This document shows, piece after piece, positions 37,844-49,191 of a stretch of 64,000 bases of DNA. Numbering within the stretch: position 1 is the first letter of the stretch; every line of letters begins with the position of its first letter. The stretch is taken from the IMG/VR virus record IMGVR_UViG_3300035208_002098, positions 96,001-160,000 of that record; one strand, given 5' to 3'. Position numbers and translations under genes: made by a program. The notes under the pieces were generated by a model, which did no database searches, was not told the DNA's origin, and worked only from the letters and a program-made list of their open reading frames with translations. The stretch is from a virus. Its lineage: Duplodnaviria; Caudoviricetes.

Positions 37844-39022
37844 TTAATTAAAATACTCATCTATATTCATTTCAACACCATTACTTAATATAGCGTATAA
37901 ATCGATAAAAATCAAGTTTTTAAGTTCAGAAAATAAATATATTTTATCATCACTAACTCTAGAATATGAACGATAGTCGTATCTTGATATGTAATTAATT
38001 TTATTACCGTCAATATCAACTCTATATCGTTTTTCAACTTTAAAACCTTTAAGTTTTGGCGGATTTTGATGGTTATACCCATTATATTCATATTCTGGGC
38101 AAATAGTAACTTGATAATATGTATTATCTTCAACTAAATAAGCGTATGTTGAATTCCAACTTCTCTTACCTATAAGTTTATCTTCATCTAAATTAAATGG
38201 TTTAGTTGTATAACCACTCAAAGTTGAGAAATTTTTACTTTTTTGAAATTCTTCTAGAATATCTGAATAATTTTCAGCTACATCAAGTGTTAATCTTTCA
38301 CCTAAACTAGTAAAACCCTTTTCTGGATAACATTCTTTATCTTCAATATTATAAAAAATGTGAGCTGGATATATATCAATTTTTTTACTATATGGTGAAA
38401 TTTCAACCCAATTAAATCTACCCAAATACATTACCTCAACCTGTTTTTTTGTTTTATATAAACAACCCGGCAACATATCAGTTTTAGTAATTTTTTTACT
38501 TTGTAATTCGGTAAAATTAGTCGAAGTTTTATATTCATTACAACCCACAGGTAATAATATTAATTCTGGCCCACTCCAACCATATACAAATTCACCTTCT
38601 AACCCCTTACCTTTAATAGCTGAAGTTTCTTGTAAAATAAAGAGTAAATTAGGTATACTAATTTCAAATTCGAAATTTCTTGGGTCATAAACTCGAACTT
38701 TTTCAATCCTAGTATCCCAACCATAACTACGTCTAGCACCACCAACATCTTTATTTAATACAAAACCTTCTGTTGGTACATTTTCAAACGCTTGTGGGGC
38801 ATATTCTGGTCCACATATTGTATCTTCCCATTCTTCAGTTTGTTCGTTATAAATTCGCTCTTTTTGACCTTCTTTCCATCGCCAACTTTCCCATGAACCT
38901 TCTTTACGCAATTTACCCTTGTTATCCCAATAGATAACATAACCTAACTTACCTGTGTAAGTATCGTCTCTCCCTTGTAACCCAACATTTATTTTAGTTG
39001 GTATAAATAATTGATTTTCCAT
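37844..39022 (-). CDS. hypothetical phage protein
   Basis: 392 aa ORF. Confidence 0.8.
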   Translation of the reverse strand: MENQLFIPTKINVGLQGRDDTYTGKLGYVIYWDNKGKLRKEGSWESWRWKEGQKERIYNEQTEEWEDTICGPEYAPQAFENVPTEGFVLNKDVGGARRSYGWDTRIEKVRVYDPRNFEFEISIPNLLFILQETSAIKGKGLEGEFVYGWSGPELILLPVGCNEYKTSTNFTELQSKKITKTDMLPGCLYKTKKQVEVMYLGRFNWVEISPYSKKIDIYPAHIFYNIEDKECYPEKGFTSLGERLTLDVAENYSDILEEFQKSKNFSTLSGYTTKPFNLDEDKLIGKRSWNSTYAYLVEDNTYYQVTICPEYEYNGYNHQNPPKLKGFKVEKRYRVDIDGNKINYISRYDYRSYSRVSDDKIYLFSELKNLIFIDLYAILSNGVEMNIDEYFN

Positions 39023-39024
39023 AT

Positions 39025-39279
39025 TTAATTTATTTTTATTATATTATTTGCACTCACCTCATGTAAAGTAATGTTCGTATTTCTAGCTATTAAACCTTTG
39101 ATTCTAGGTTCTATTGGGTGGATACATTTCCCATCAATATATTCTGATTTTACATTAAACCCATTATCTGTTAACGCCTTATCTATTATTTCTTGAATAG
39201 TTGTTTTACCCGATGCTGAACGTCCAATGATACGAATTACAATATCATTAGCCTCTAAATTAATACTTTCTGTTCTCAT
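39025..39279 (-). CDS. small P-loop protein
   Basis: GRSASGKTT. Confidence 0.6.
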   Translation of the reverse strand: MRTESINLEANDIVIRIIGRSASGKTTIQEIIDKALTDNGFNVKSEYIDGKCIHPIEPRIKGLIARNTNITLHEVSANNIIKIN

Positions 39280-39280
39280 A

Positions 39281-40681
39281 TTATTTTGTTAAACCTTTAG
39301 CCATATTTTCAATATCCAAAATTTCTTGATATGAGTCAGCAACCTTTTTATCAGTTCTAAATTTGTTTTTACCAACTCTTGGGTGCATTAGAGAATGTTT
39401 ACCCTTACTATGTGTGATACCACAAGATTTAGTATCAACAATACTATGTAATAAGGTATCCATATTATCAGTAACATATCTCATAGTTTCTTCATCCATT
39501 CCACCGGGGTCTGCAGTTAATAATCCATCACTAGATTGACATTGTAATGATGAAATTACAAATTCATTTTTAGTGCCTTTATTTCCGTAATTAAACCCAA
39601 TTATTTCCAAATCAACATCCATATCTAATTTCATCTTAATTTGATACGATGGTTTGCTATCAACCCACTTACCATTAACCGATTTTATAATACAACCCTC
39701 TAATCCACGGTCTAAACATTCTTGGAAGAATTTTAATGCTTCTTCAAATGAATTTAAATATACCGTTTCAACTATTTTAACCATTGTTAAACCGTATTCT
39801 TTAATTAAATCAGCTGCTCTAGATAAACGTTCATTATATGGTGTATCTGATGCCTTATTATAATATTCGTAAGGTGTTATAGTATCCCATACTGTAAAAA
39901 TAATACGATTTAATGCTTCATCATATGTGCACCCATGTTTCTTTTGGAACTCAACTTTTTTCTTAGCTGTTTCTTCATCAGTTCTTTCATCAATTTTTTT
40001 AGCAATATCAATTAATGAACTCATAATACCATTAGCCGTTAAACGATTTGGTTCACCATCAATAGTAAACTCACCATTTAAAACACAATCAGGTAATTTA
40101 CCTAATTCATCTAAAAATATAGCACCGGTTAATATAGTTGGTTCACCTTGACGTGATTCACAATCAACATCACCACCACGAATAATAGCATTACCGTATT
40201 GCCCATCCATTTTAACTTGGCCATAACAAGTCTGACCACCCTTAAATAAATCTTGTACACTTTTAGCTTTATAAGGTTTACAACCCATATAAGGGGTTTC
40301 TTCGAATAAATCAGGTATTACTTTATTAATATTACCACCCATTTTTATTTTAAGGTCTTTAGCTATAATTCGCTCAATAACATATGCATCATCGGCTGAT
40401 AACCCAGATAATATTGTCTGTAAATGATTTGAAGCTGCTTGACCAGTATACACACGAGATGATAAGTCCTCTAACATTACAAATGCATTTTCTAATGTTA
40501 AATGTGGTACATCAGTTTTGTATTGTGGTATTTGTTTAATGAAAAACTTAATTCGACCCGAATTAGCTAGATATAAAACTCGTTGTAATGTTTTATTATC
40601 TTTATATTTTCTAAGAATTTCCATTTTATTCTTAGTACCACCCTCATTTGAGATTTCTGTTAAAATTGATTTTATATTCAT
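39281..40681 (-). CDS. ATP-dependent DNA ligase
   Basis: KMDG, LNGEF, WDTI, EGCIIK, KMK, HPR. Confidence 0.9.
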   Translation of the reverse strand: MNIKSILTEISNEGGTKNKMEILRKYKDNKTLQRVLYLANSGRIKFFIKQIPQYKTDVPHLTLENAFVMLEDLSSRVYTGQAASNHLQTILSGLSADDAYVIERIIAKDLKIKMGGNINKVIPDLFEETPYMGCKPYKAKSVQDLFKGGQTCYGQVKMDGQYGNAIIRGGDVDCESRQGEPTILTGAIFLDELGKLPDCVLNGEFTIDGEPNRLTANGIMSSLIDIAKKIDERTDEETAKKKVEFQKKHGCTYDEALNRIIFTVWDTITPYEYYNKASDTPYNERLSRAADLIKEYGLTMVKIVETVYLNSFEEALKFFQECLDRGLEGCIIKSVNGKWVDSKPSYQIKMKLDMDVDLEIIGFNYGNKGTKNEFVISSLQCQSSDGLLTADPGGMDEETMRYVTDNMDTLLHSIVDTKSCGITHSKGKHSLMHPRVGKNKFRTDKKVADSYQEILDIENMAKGLTK

Positions 40682-40968
40682 AATTTTACTTCTTTTTGAA
40701 TTTCTTCTATATATTGTTTAATTTTATCATTAACTTCATCAATGGAATTCATTTTTGAAAACTCATCTAAGAATGCTACTAGTTGAATAGCTGTTAAATT
40801 AACAGCGTTATCTATAAAGTCACCGATTTTAAACCCTTGTTCTGGTCTAGCCATTTCATCAAAGGTTTCCCAATGTTTATTTGCTATTTCAGCTAATACA
40901 TCACTATCATATATTGTTTGAACACCAAACTTAAGTGGTTTTTTATAAAATTTACTTCTATCTGTCAT
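40678..40968 (-). CDS. hypothetical protein
   Basis: 96 aa ORF. Confidence 0.65.
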   Translation of the reverse strand: MTDRSKFYKKPLKFGVQTIYDSDVLAEIANKHWETFDEMARPEQGFKIGDFIDNAVNLTAIQLVAFLDEFSKMNSIDEVNDKIKQYIEEIQKEVKL

Positions 40969-40972
40969 ATTT

Positions 40973-41875
40973 TTATTTATTATTATTTTTCATCCATTCT
41001 TGTACGTACCAAAGCTGCCCACATCCACCGCCAATATCATCTTGACCAGCTGGGTCAAATACTCTTACATTATACCCATCTCCCATAAATGTATTTGTTA
41101 CGTTATTTATGATATCGTGATTACGAAATCCAGCTGTTTTCATCGTTTCATCAGCCGAACATATAACACTAAAAGTAAAATGGAAAACCAATGGGTTAAA
41201 TAGGTCTTTTAAGCGATTTATTTCACCATCTGATATGTTTGTACCATCTATACAATAATTAAGGTATACGGGTCTTTTAGTTGCGTTATTCCAAAGAATA
41301 CCATAATCTCTTATTTCTCTAAGAGTTAATTTATTTTTAAATGGTATTAATTCATTACGTTTTTCATCATAAGCTTGGTGAATACTAAATTGCAAACCAA
41401 CTTGACGTATTGATTTACTTAAATTTAATAAATGATTTAAAGATATTTCATTATTAATACCAACAGTTGATATTAATAACTGTGCTTTAGGATATTTTAA
41501 ATGTAATTTAGTAATAGCCGTATCAAGTTCATTAAGATTAAGCATAGGTTCACCCATTGACATAAACATTATTTGAAATTTATCACAATCAAACATGCTT
41601 CTCATATCATCAGATTCATTTAAAACATTATCAATTATAGTATTTACTTGATAGAATATTTCTTCTGATGTTAAATTTCTTATAAATTTTTTACCGGTAC
41701 CACAAAACTTACACCCAACTGGGCAACCACTTTGTACAGAACAACAAATCACTGTTCGTTTACTAAATTTATCGTACTTGTATAGGACAGCTTCAGCTAT
41801 AGCATTTTCAAATTCATATACGTATTTCCATACGTTACCCTCTGAACTAGGGAATATTTTAACACTATTAATCAT
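40973..41875 (-). CDS. RlmN/Cfr-family radical SAM RNA methyltransferase
   Basis: SVQSGCPVGCKFCGTG, MSMGEP, ISTVG, DIGGGCGQL. Confidence 0.85.
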   Translation of the reverse strand: MINSVKIFPSSEGNVWKYVYEFENAIAEAVLYKYDKFSKRTVICCSVQSGCPVGCKFCGTGKKFIRNLTSEEIFYQVNTIIDNVLNESDDMRSMFDCDKFQIMFMSMGEPMLNLNELDTAITKLHLKYPKAQLLISTVGINNEISLNHLLNLSKSIRQVGLQFSIHQAYDEKRNELIPFKNKLTLREIRDYGILWNNATKRPVYLNYCIDGTNISDGEINRLKDLFNPLVFHFTFSVICSADETMKTAGFRNHDIINNVTNTFMGDGYNVRVFDPAGQDDIGGGCGQLWYVQEWMKNNNK

Positions 41876-41876
41876 A

Positions 41877-42254
41877 TTATTCTTTTATTAAATTAGAGTA
41901 TACCCACTTAAAATTACCTTGTATAACACCATTGATTATTGTATTTTCATTAACAATTTTTAAGAAATTTTGTAAATATATCTCAACTGTAAAACCTAGT
42001 GGGTGCATCAATTTAGCCCAATTCATGCTCATCCCAAATCTCCAACTAACTAATTTCCAACCAAACATATAGGTTTCTTCAATAACGTATGTAGGTAATT
42101 CATCTTTACTACCATACGATACACCAAAACTTTTAAAATCTTTGGGGATTGTACCATTTTTATTAAGTTTAGTCATAAACCCAGTTGAATCATCTCTAAT
42201 TTTTAAAAGATATTCATCATCTTTTAATTCATAACCATCAATATATTCTTTCAT
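41877..42254 (-). CDS. hypothetical protein
   Basis: 125 aa ORF. Confidence 0.7.
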   Translation of the reverse strand: MKEYIDGYELKDDEYLLKIRDDSTGFMTKLNKNGTIPKDFKSFGVSYGSKDELPTYVIEETYMFGWKLVSWRFGMSMNWAKLMHPLGFTVEIYLQNFLKIVNENTIINGVIQGNFKWVYSNLIKE

Positions 42255-42260
42255 ATTTAA

Positions 42261-43190
42261 TTATTTTAAATTTCTAAACCAAGTATATAGATTTTTTCTG
42301 GTTGATTCATTACCACACATACCTTGTAATTTTTTAAAAAACTTTTTATCTTCTTTTAATAGTGATATATATGTATCAAATTTATGTTCATTTTCATCTT
42401 TTAAGTTAGTTCTACGATAAGAAAGGTACATAATATAACTTGATAAAAACATATCGAAATTTTTGAATGGTGGTTCTTTATATTTATTTGATTGTATAAT
42501 ATCTTTAATATCATTTATAAAATTAACATGTGTTAATATTAACTTAATACCATAATAAGTATAATAAAAATCACCACTGAAATCTGACTCATTTTTAAAG
42601 TAAAAATCAATTACATTAATATCATCTTTATCATATTTTCTATTATAATAATCACGTTTATAATCTTTTTTTTCCTTATCAGCTTCTTTTTCGTTATAAT
42701 AAAATTCAATACCGAATTTTACATATAAGAAAAGTTTAAAACCCCTATCAAGAAAGGAGTCAAGAAAATGATAACGATAACCAGTGGTGTCACTACTATA
42801 TAATTTCCAATTATTTAATTTAAACATGACACCCATTAACTTATCATCTGGTAATTTATCGATTATAATTTTAATATAAACATTTAGATTAATATCTACC
42901 ATACAATAGTTAGTTAATAACCTATTAAAACCGTCTAACAAATAAAATTTATCATCTTCTTTATACGCAAAAAATAGATTACAAACTAAACCAGATTGTT
43001 TAGATTCTAATATTGAATTCTCATCCCTTATATATTTTTCATCAAATTCCCTAAAATTAATATTTGGGTACCAAGATTTAACCATTTCTTGTAAATCCTT
43101 ATATTTAACACTATATAGCTCATAATTAGAGCTAAGTAATTCATCATATCCAGTATCAATTAATTTCATATAAATTATATTAGTTTGCAA
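42261..43190 (-). CDS. ParB/DUF262-like protein
   Basis: FYLLDGFNRL. Confidence 0.55.
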   Translation of the reverse strand: MQTNIIYMKLIDTGYDELLSSNYELYSVKYKDLQEMVKSWYPNINFREFDEKYIRDENSILESKQSGLVCNLFFAYKEDDKFYLLDGFNRLLTNYCMVDINLNVYIKIIIDKLPDDKLMGVMFKLNNWKLYSSDTTGYRYHFLDSFLDRGFKLFLYVKFGIEFYYNEKEADKEKKDYKRDYYNRKYDKDDINVIDFYFKNESDFSGDFYYTYYGIKLILTHVNFINDIKDIIQSNKYKEPPFKNFDMFLSSYIMYLSYRRTNLKDENEHKFDTYISLLKEDKKFFKKLQGMCGNESTRKNLYTWFRNLK

Positions 43191-43256
43191 ATATACATAT
43201 AATATTCAACATATGCAAATATTTATATAGAAATAATACTAATTAAATTAAAAAAT

Positions 43257-43715
43257 ATGAGTAAGATAGATACATTACACCCAAAAATTAGAGCTGAGGT
43301 TCAAGAGTTAGTTAATACTATTAATAATACTATTTTAACATCAAATGTTAAAATGATTGTAACACAAGGTTTACGAACATTTGCCGAACAAGATGCTTTA
43401 TATAAACAAGTACCTAAAGTAACAAATGCTAAAGGTGGTCAAAGTATACATAATTATGGTTTAGCATTTGATTTTTGTTTAAAAAAAGATAAAACCGCAA
43501 TCTGGGATACAATGAAAGATTTTGATGGTGATAAACACTCTGATTGGATGGAAATAGTTGATTTATTTAAATCTAAAGGTTATGTTTGGGGTGGTGATTT
43601 TAAATCAATTAAAGATGCACCCCATTTTGAAAAATCATTTGGTAATACATGGAAACAATTATTAGCTATGAAGAATGCTGGTAAAGTGGATAAAGATGGT
43701 TATATAACTTTATAA
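43257..43715 (+). CDS. M15 peptidase endolysin (L-Ala-D-Glu peptidase-like)
   Basis: GLRTFAEQDALY, SIHNYGLAFD, WGGDF..DAPHFE. Confidence 0.9.
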   Translation: MSKIDTLHPKIRAEVQELVNTINNTILTSNVKMIVTQGLRTFAEQDALYKQVPKVTNAKGGQSIHNYGLAFDFCLKKDKTAIWDTMKDFDGDKHSDWMEIVDLFKSKGYVWGGDFKSIKDAPHFEKSFGNTWKQLLAMKNAGKVDKDGYITL

Positions 43716-43897
43716 TGGAAGTTAAAATTATTAGTATTATAAATGATATAGAAAAAAATATTATTTATGTTAAAAAAAGTGATGGTTCATTAAATCAAAT
43801 AATAAAAGATGAATTATTATATAATGAAAAAAAACTATTAGAAAAGTATATTAGTTTAATAACTAAAGTAGATAAAATAGAAAATGATACTGAATAA
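43715..43897 (+). CDS. hypothetical protein
   Basis: Coupled to the endolysin; terminator follows at ~43897-43925. Confidence 0.55.
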   Translation: MEVKIISIINDIEKNIIYVKKSDGSLNQIIKDELLYNEKKLLEKYISLITKVDKIENDTE

Positions 43898-44014
43898 AAA
43901 AGGGGCTTTTAGCCCATTTTTTTATAACATTTTGTAAAAAATAATTTATTTATTTATCCGGTAAAGGTAAAATACCGTTTATTTTCATAAAATTTATTTT
44001 ATATTTATAATCAT

Positions 44015-44146
44015 ATGAAAGATACTACCAAAATTAATATCACGTTACCAACAAACCTATTAACCAAAATAGAAACCGGTAATTACAATCGTAATAAACT
44101 TATTGTTGACTTATTTAAAAAATATATCGATAATAAACAAAAATAA
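44015..44146 (+). CDS. ribbon-helix-helix-like protein
   Basis: MKDTTKINITLPTNLLTKI...NRNKLIVDLF. Confidence 0.55.
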   Translation: MKDTTKINITLPTNLLTKIETGNYNRNKLIVDLFKKYIDNKQK

Positions 44147-44207
44147 TTACGGTTTTTTGACCGTTTTTATATTTTCTAGATATTTATAATAAAGAAACAA
44201 ATTTATT

Positions 44208-44351
44208 ATGGGAAGAAAGAAATTAATAGAAAAGAAACAAACGGTAAGTATCCGTATACCAAATGACTTATTACATCACCTAGATGGTATAGAAAATAAG
44301 TCAAAATTCTTCGAATGGTTATTACAAGAACATTTTAACACAGTTAAGTAA
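44208..44351 (+). CDS. ribbon-helix-helix-like protein
   Basis: MGRKK..TVSIRIPNDLL...NKSKFFEWLL; coupled to the HNH gene. Confidence 0.6.
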   Translation: MGRKKLIEKKQTVSIRIPNDLLHHLDGIENKSKFFEWLLQEHFNTVK

Positions 44352-44962
44352 TGGGTATGACACCAGAAGAATTAAAACGTAAGCGAAAAGAACGTTATGA
44401 CGCTAACGCTGAAGAATTAAGACGTAAAAGACGTGAATATTACTATAATAACAAAGAGAAATCAGCTGAATATAGTAAACAGTACCACGAAGTTAATCGT
44501 GATAAAAATCTAGAAGTTAAGAAAAAATATCGTGAAGCTAATAAAGAAAAAATAGCTGAAAGTAAAAAGATATGGGACACTAATAATCGTGATAGGATTA
44601 ATGAATACGTTACAAATAGGAAAAAATACGATAAATTATTTAAACTATCTGAAAACTATAGATGTGCTATAAATAAAGCTATTAATAGATTTGGTTACAC
44701 CAAAAAATCTAAAACCACTGAAATACTTGGTTGTACATTTGAGGAATTTAAAGCTTATATCGAATCTAAATTTGAATCATGGATGAATTGGTCCAACCAC
44801 GGATTGTATAATGGTGATTTTAATTATGGTTGGGATATTGACCATATAATACCACTTGCAACTGCAAAGACCGAAGATGATATAATAATGTTGAATCACT
44901 ATACCAATCTTCAGCCTTTATGTAGTCATATTAATAGAGATATTAAGAAAGATAATCTATAA
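44351..44962 (+). CDS. HNH homing endonuclease
   Basis: WDIDHIIPL...NHYTNLQPL. Confidence 0.85.
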   Translation: MGMTPEELKRKRKERYDANAEELRRKRREYYYNNKEKSAEYSKQYHEVNRDKNLEVKKKYREANKEKIAESKKIWDTNNRDRINEYVTNRKKYDKLFKLSENYRCAINKAINRFGYTKKSKTTEILGCTFEEFKAYIESKFESWMNWSNHGLYNGDFNYGWDIDHIIPLATAKTEDDIIMLNHYTNLQPLCSHINRDIKKDNL

Positions 44963-46088
44963 CTCGTTTATATAATTGTTTGTTATTGTATGTAACCATA
45001 TACTCTTTAATAGAATTATGTTTACCGTCATATAACCCAAAAAATAAACCGGTAAAATCACTAAACCCATTTTGTTTTGATATAGATAATACTATATTAG
45101 CTATTACTTTACGTTCAACAATAGTAGTAGATTGTGGTATATAATTAACTATATCTACCCAAGTATTTTCTAAATCATTAATGAAAACATCGTATTTACC
45201 TTTCAGTTCTAGCATTTCATCTTTTCTCTCAGGTACATAAACAAGGTATTCCTCAATTTCATTGGTTTTAATAACTTGCATTATTTCATATTGAGAAGAT
45301 TTAGATTTTAAATGATGTAAAGCGACATATGATGGAGTCTTCATTTTAACTCTATTAAAATTATCATCAACAATAACATAACCTTCAAAAAATGGGTCTG
45401 GCATATTCTCAAATGTTCTTCTAATAGCACCAATATCCATTGCATTTATATCAAATTGTTTAACCACTGGTACACGTAACGCCCAAATAATTTCATGTAA
45501 GTCATCGTATGACAACTCTTCTAAAGTTTCAAGGTTCCTAACACCTAATAATGTAAGTGAAGAAGTTTCATGTGGTTTAACAACTATATTATATGGGGTA
45601 GTTAACTCAAACGCATATGTAAAACCTTTTGTTAATACAGCTTCATGAAAATTAGGTACCATATTTTTAAGTGTAGTCCAAAATAATTTAGCGAATGTTG
45701 TACCAAATTTATTGTTTACTTCGCCATCAGCTTCTGGTGTACCTGTTGTACCAACTAACCATTGATTTTTATGCCAATCCCAATATAATTGAATTAAACT
45801 ACCATCAACTTTTTCTAAAATCTTCGCTGTATTCCAGTCTATTTTAGCTGCATGACCTTCTTCATGATTGAAGAATTTACGGAATGCCAATGACATAACT
45901 TTCCAAGTATCTCTTTCAAGGATAAGACCTCTACAGTCTTGAGTTTCTTCAAAAGCCATTGGTGATTCTAGTTGATTATATTTCAACAGAATCTTATTTT
46001 CACATACATTAGTTTTAAGCTTAAAAGTTTCAATTGCTTTCGCTAAACCATGTAATTTTATATATTTTACTATTGCTAATTCTTTCAT
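44943..46088 (-). CDS. Rnl1-like RNA ligase
   Basis: CRGLIL, FRKFFN, EKVDGSL, FEL, EGYVI, KMK. Confidence 0.88.
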   Translation of the reverse strand: MKELAIVKYIKLHGLAKAIETFKLKTNVCENKILLKYNQLESPMAFEETQDCRGLILERDTWKVMSLAFRKFFNHEEGHAAKIDWNTAKILEKVDGSLIQLYWDWHKNQWLVGTTGTPEADGEVNNKFGTTFAKLFWTTLKNMVPNFHEAVLTKGFTYAFELTTPYNIVVKPHETSSLTLLGVRNLETLEELSYDDLHEIIWALRVPVVKQFDINAMDIGAIRRTFENMPDPFFEGYVIVDDNFNRVKMKTPSYVALHHLKSKSSQYEIMQVIKTNEIEEYLVYVPERKDEMLELKGKYDVFINDLENTWVDIVNYIPQSTTIVERKVIANIVLSISKQNGFSDFTGLFFGLYDGKHNSIKEYMVTYNNKQLYKRVIDYLS

Positions 46089-46091
46089 TTT

Positions 46092-46424
46092 TTATAATTC
46101 TATATTATTTAAATTTCCAATTTTTTCGTCTACACCTAAAATAGCTTTTTTATATTCAATCTCTATTTTGCTCTTATAATGGATAAGTTCTGCTTTTCGA
46201 TAAGCTATATATTCTTCAACAGCTTGTTTAGTACTTAATACCATCTCATTGGTAACAGAGTCACCATCACGACTTACTGTTGTTTCTTTAAAATCATCAT
46301 ATGTAACAATTGTTACCTGACCTTTAGATATTTTAAGAACTTTACCATAAGTATTCCAAGCTTTAAACATTCTATCAGCGTCCCATTTAACGTAACACCC
46401 AGCTTTTAATTTTTTACCATCCAT
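46092..46424 (-). CDS. hypothetical protein
   Basis: 110 aa ORF. Confidence 0.65.
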   Translation of the reverse strand: MDGKKLKAGCYVKWDADRMFKAWNTYGKVLKISKGQVTIVTYDDFKETTVSRDGDSVTNEMVLSTKQAVEEYIAYRKAELIHYKSKIEIEYKKAILGVDEKIGNLNNIEL

Positions 46425-46493
46425 AATTAATAATCTTTAATTAAATTTATGCAAATATACAATATTATTTTGTAACCACCAAATAATTTATTA

Positions 46494-47528
46494 TTATTTT
46501 ATATATTCGTTAAGAATATCTTCATTATCAACCCAACTACCATTTAAATTACCATTTGGATGTAATACCATTTCATACACCGTATCAGGGTGTTTTTCCT
46601 TTTCATCATATAATTTAACTAGGTTAGCACCTTCCGAACACATATCAATATTTTGAAATTTATATACTTCAACATAATAATAGTATCCTAATAAATTTCT
46701 AATTGGTGTAAATCTATTATCATTATCAACTTTCGACCAAATATCATTTAATAAGATTTTATTATCTATATTATAATCCATTTTTTCTTGGTTAATCATT
46801 TTTGTTGTATCAAAATCCATTAATTCACGAAATATGATATTATCCATACCTAAATTTTGATAAAATTCCATATATTTAACCATTTCTTCTAATGAGTCGA
46901 TACCATCTTGTAACAATATACAACTCATACGTGGTCTTAACCCATTTGCTAATGATATTGTAGCTATTGTCTCAAGCATTTCGTTAGAACAATATCCAAT
47001 ATCATAACGCATAATATCTTTATTAATGGTTTCATCGTAATGTGATTTGCTTATATTCAAATGGTCAAATTTATTATCTATAATATGTTGTAATACTGTT
47101 TTACCTTCCATTATATCAAATAACCCACTACCATTAGTAGTTAAAGTCCTTTTACGATACCCATGTTTATTTATAATACGTAATATTTCCGGTAATCTTT
47201 TACTTTTAGTTGGTTCACCACCAGTAATTGAAATACTTGGGTTAATAGGTTTTAAGTATTCTAAAATAGCGTCAATTCTTTGAAAATATTCTTCATCATT
47301 TGTTATTTTTCCCTTTTTAAATGTTTGACTTCTATTTTCAAATCTTAATTGTGCTACACAAAACTTACAATCAGCATTACAATAATCATCAACAAAAATG
47401 GATAAATTTACATTACTATATACCTTTTTTTCCACACCATTAAAATTAAATGGGTATAAATTAAAATCTTCTACGTTGTAAAGTTCTTGTCTTTTTTCTC
47501 TAATCGGAGCAAATTTCATACATTTCAT
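46494..47528 (-). CDS. radical SAM protein
   Basis: CNADCKFC, ITGGEP, TTNG. Confidence 0.88.
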   Translation of the reverse strand: MKCMKFAPIREKRQELYNVEDFNLYPFNFNGVEKKVYSNVNLSIFVDDYCNADCKFCVAQLRFENRSQTFKKGKITNDEEYFQRIDAILEYLKPINPSISITGGEPTKSKRLPEILRIINKHGYRKRTLTTNGSGLFDIMEGKTVLQHIIDNKFDHLNISKSHYDETINKDIMRYDIGYCSNEMLETIATISLANGLRPRMSCILLQDGIDSLEEMVKYMEFYQNLGMDNIIFRELMDFDTTKMINQEKMDYNIDNKILLNDIWSKVDNDNRFTPIRNLLGYYYYVEVYKFQNIDMCSEGANLVKLYDEKEKHPDTVYEMVLHPNGNLNGSWVDNEDILNEYIK

Positions 47529-48202
47529 TATTTTAAATTTTTTTCGTATTCACTTCTACTAATCAAATCGATTCCAAAACATGTTCCATCTGAAGCATAT
47601 AGATTAAATTCTTCAATGTTTTGCACTATAAATGGTTTAACATACGTATTATCATCCATTCTCCCATAGTTCTGTAATTCATACACTATTGATTGTTCAA
47701 TTATCTTATATTCAGTTAGTTTATCAACTAACCAATCATCATCTTTACGTATTCTAACATTAAATTCAACCTTAAAATTAGGTATAAATTCGGTTGCTAA
47801 ATATAAATCACGACATTTCTTGAATATATCGTTATCCAAAATATAAAGATAATAATTTATACTTCTTTTAATAACCATAAAGATATTTGAACTATCACAA
47901 AAATCAGTTAAACGTTGAAGGTGTTTTGTCAAAATAATACCATTCGTTGAAATTGTTATCTTCTTACATCTACCAGAATATCTAGCATATTCTAAGAATA
48001 AATAAAAATCATCATGTAAAAATGGTTCCCCACCTTCTAATTGTAATTCAAAAAATTCATCAGACCCATCAATAATTTCTTTAAATTTTTCAAATTGAAG
48101 AAATGTAGTTTTATTAGGTTCACTAAACATACAACAGAAATCACATTTAACATTGCATTTATTAGTTAAATTCAAATATATTCGTCTTTTAGCAATACAC
48201 AT
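47528..48202 (-). CDS. radical SAM protein
   Basis: CNVKCDFC, EGGEPFL, STNG. Confidence 0.88.
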   Translation of the reverse strand: MCIAKRRIYLNLTNKCNVKCDFCCMFSEPNKTTFLQFEKFKEIIDGSDEFFELQLEGGEPFLHDDFYLFLEYARYSGRCKKITISTNGIILTKHLQRLTDFCDSSNIFMVIKRSINYYLYILDNDIFKKCRDLYLATEFIPNFKVEFNVRIRKDDDWLVDKLTEYKIIEQSIVYELQNYGRMDDNTYVKPFIVQNIEEFNLYASDGTCFGIDLISRSEYEKNLK

Positions 48203-48328
48203 AATTAATATTTTAAATTAAACATATGCAAATATACAACATTAATTCGTAACCACAAAATATTTTCAAAAAAAAGTGTTAACTTATTAAAATTAACACC
48301 CATTTTTAATTATTTATATTAAAAAATC

Positions 48329-49072
48329 TTAATATACACCTCTTTCAACTAAAATATTAGTTATTATCATTCTATGAATGTGACCAATGTGTTTAACATT
48401 AGCTAGTATATTTTGTAAGTGCTCAGTTTCACACTCGATTAATTTAACATACTTTAACGGGTCATTACCATCTTTACCATAAGTACCCCAAATAAGTTTA
48501 TTTTTAATTACTTCTAAATCATCAGTATCCATTAATTGTAATGATTCCGATGTGTTATTTTCACCAAAACTACATCTAAAATACTCACCACCTCCATCAA
48601 CCATTACATGATTATCACAACCACATTCTTTATAGTCATGTACATCCCTAGATGTTATAATATTACCACATTTTTTACAAAGCATGGCGTTTTGTATGAT
48701 TTTACCATTTTCTTTATAATCTGATTCTTGTTCAACCTCATTATCAGTTGTAGTTGGTAATAAACCCTTAGTTTGTAAGACTTTCTCCCAATCATTTAAT
48801 TTTTCAGACATCTTAGCGGTTATTTGTTCTTCAGTATAACCTTGTTTGAATAAATTATCATAAACCATAATTAAACTATCAGCACCTTCTTCTAATACAT
48901 GGTCATCTAATTCTTCCGGGGTTTTAGGTGTCTTAGCAACCTTAAATTCAATTTTTTCTAAGTAAGCTGCTGACCACTCACCTATTTCTTCAATAAGTTT
49001 CATAAAACGTGTTGGAACTTCAGCAATTTCTTTATCACTAAATGATTTTATCCTTTCAATAACTTCTTTCAT
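48329..49072 (-). CDS. MazG-like NTP pyrophosphohydrolase fused to a Zn-binding domain
   Basis: KLIEEIGE...EEGAD; CKKC..HDY..CGC..VDGG. Confidence 0.75.
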   Translation of the reverse strand: MKEVIERIKSFSDKEIAEVPTRFMKLIEEIGEWSAAYLEKIEFKVAKTPKTPEELDDHVLEEGADSLIMVYDNLFKQGYTEEQITAKMSEKLNDWEKVLQTKGLLPTTTDNEVEQESDYKENGKIIQNAMLCKKCGNIITSRDVHDYKECGCDNHVMVDGGGEYFRCSFGENNTSESLQLMDTDDLEVIKNKLIWGTYGKDGNDPLKYVKLIECETEHLQNILANVKHIGHIHRMIITNILVERGVY

Positions 49073-49191
49073 ATTAAATATTTTTAATTATGAGACAAAG
49101 ATACAAATAAATTTTGATATATGCAACAATATTGGTAAATTAATTTGTGACCCATGAGGAATTCGAATCCCCAACCTCTTGGTTATTATTG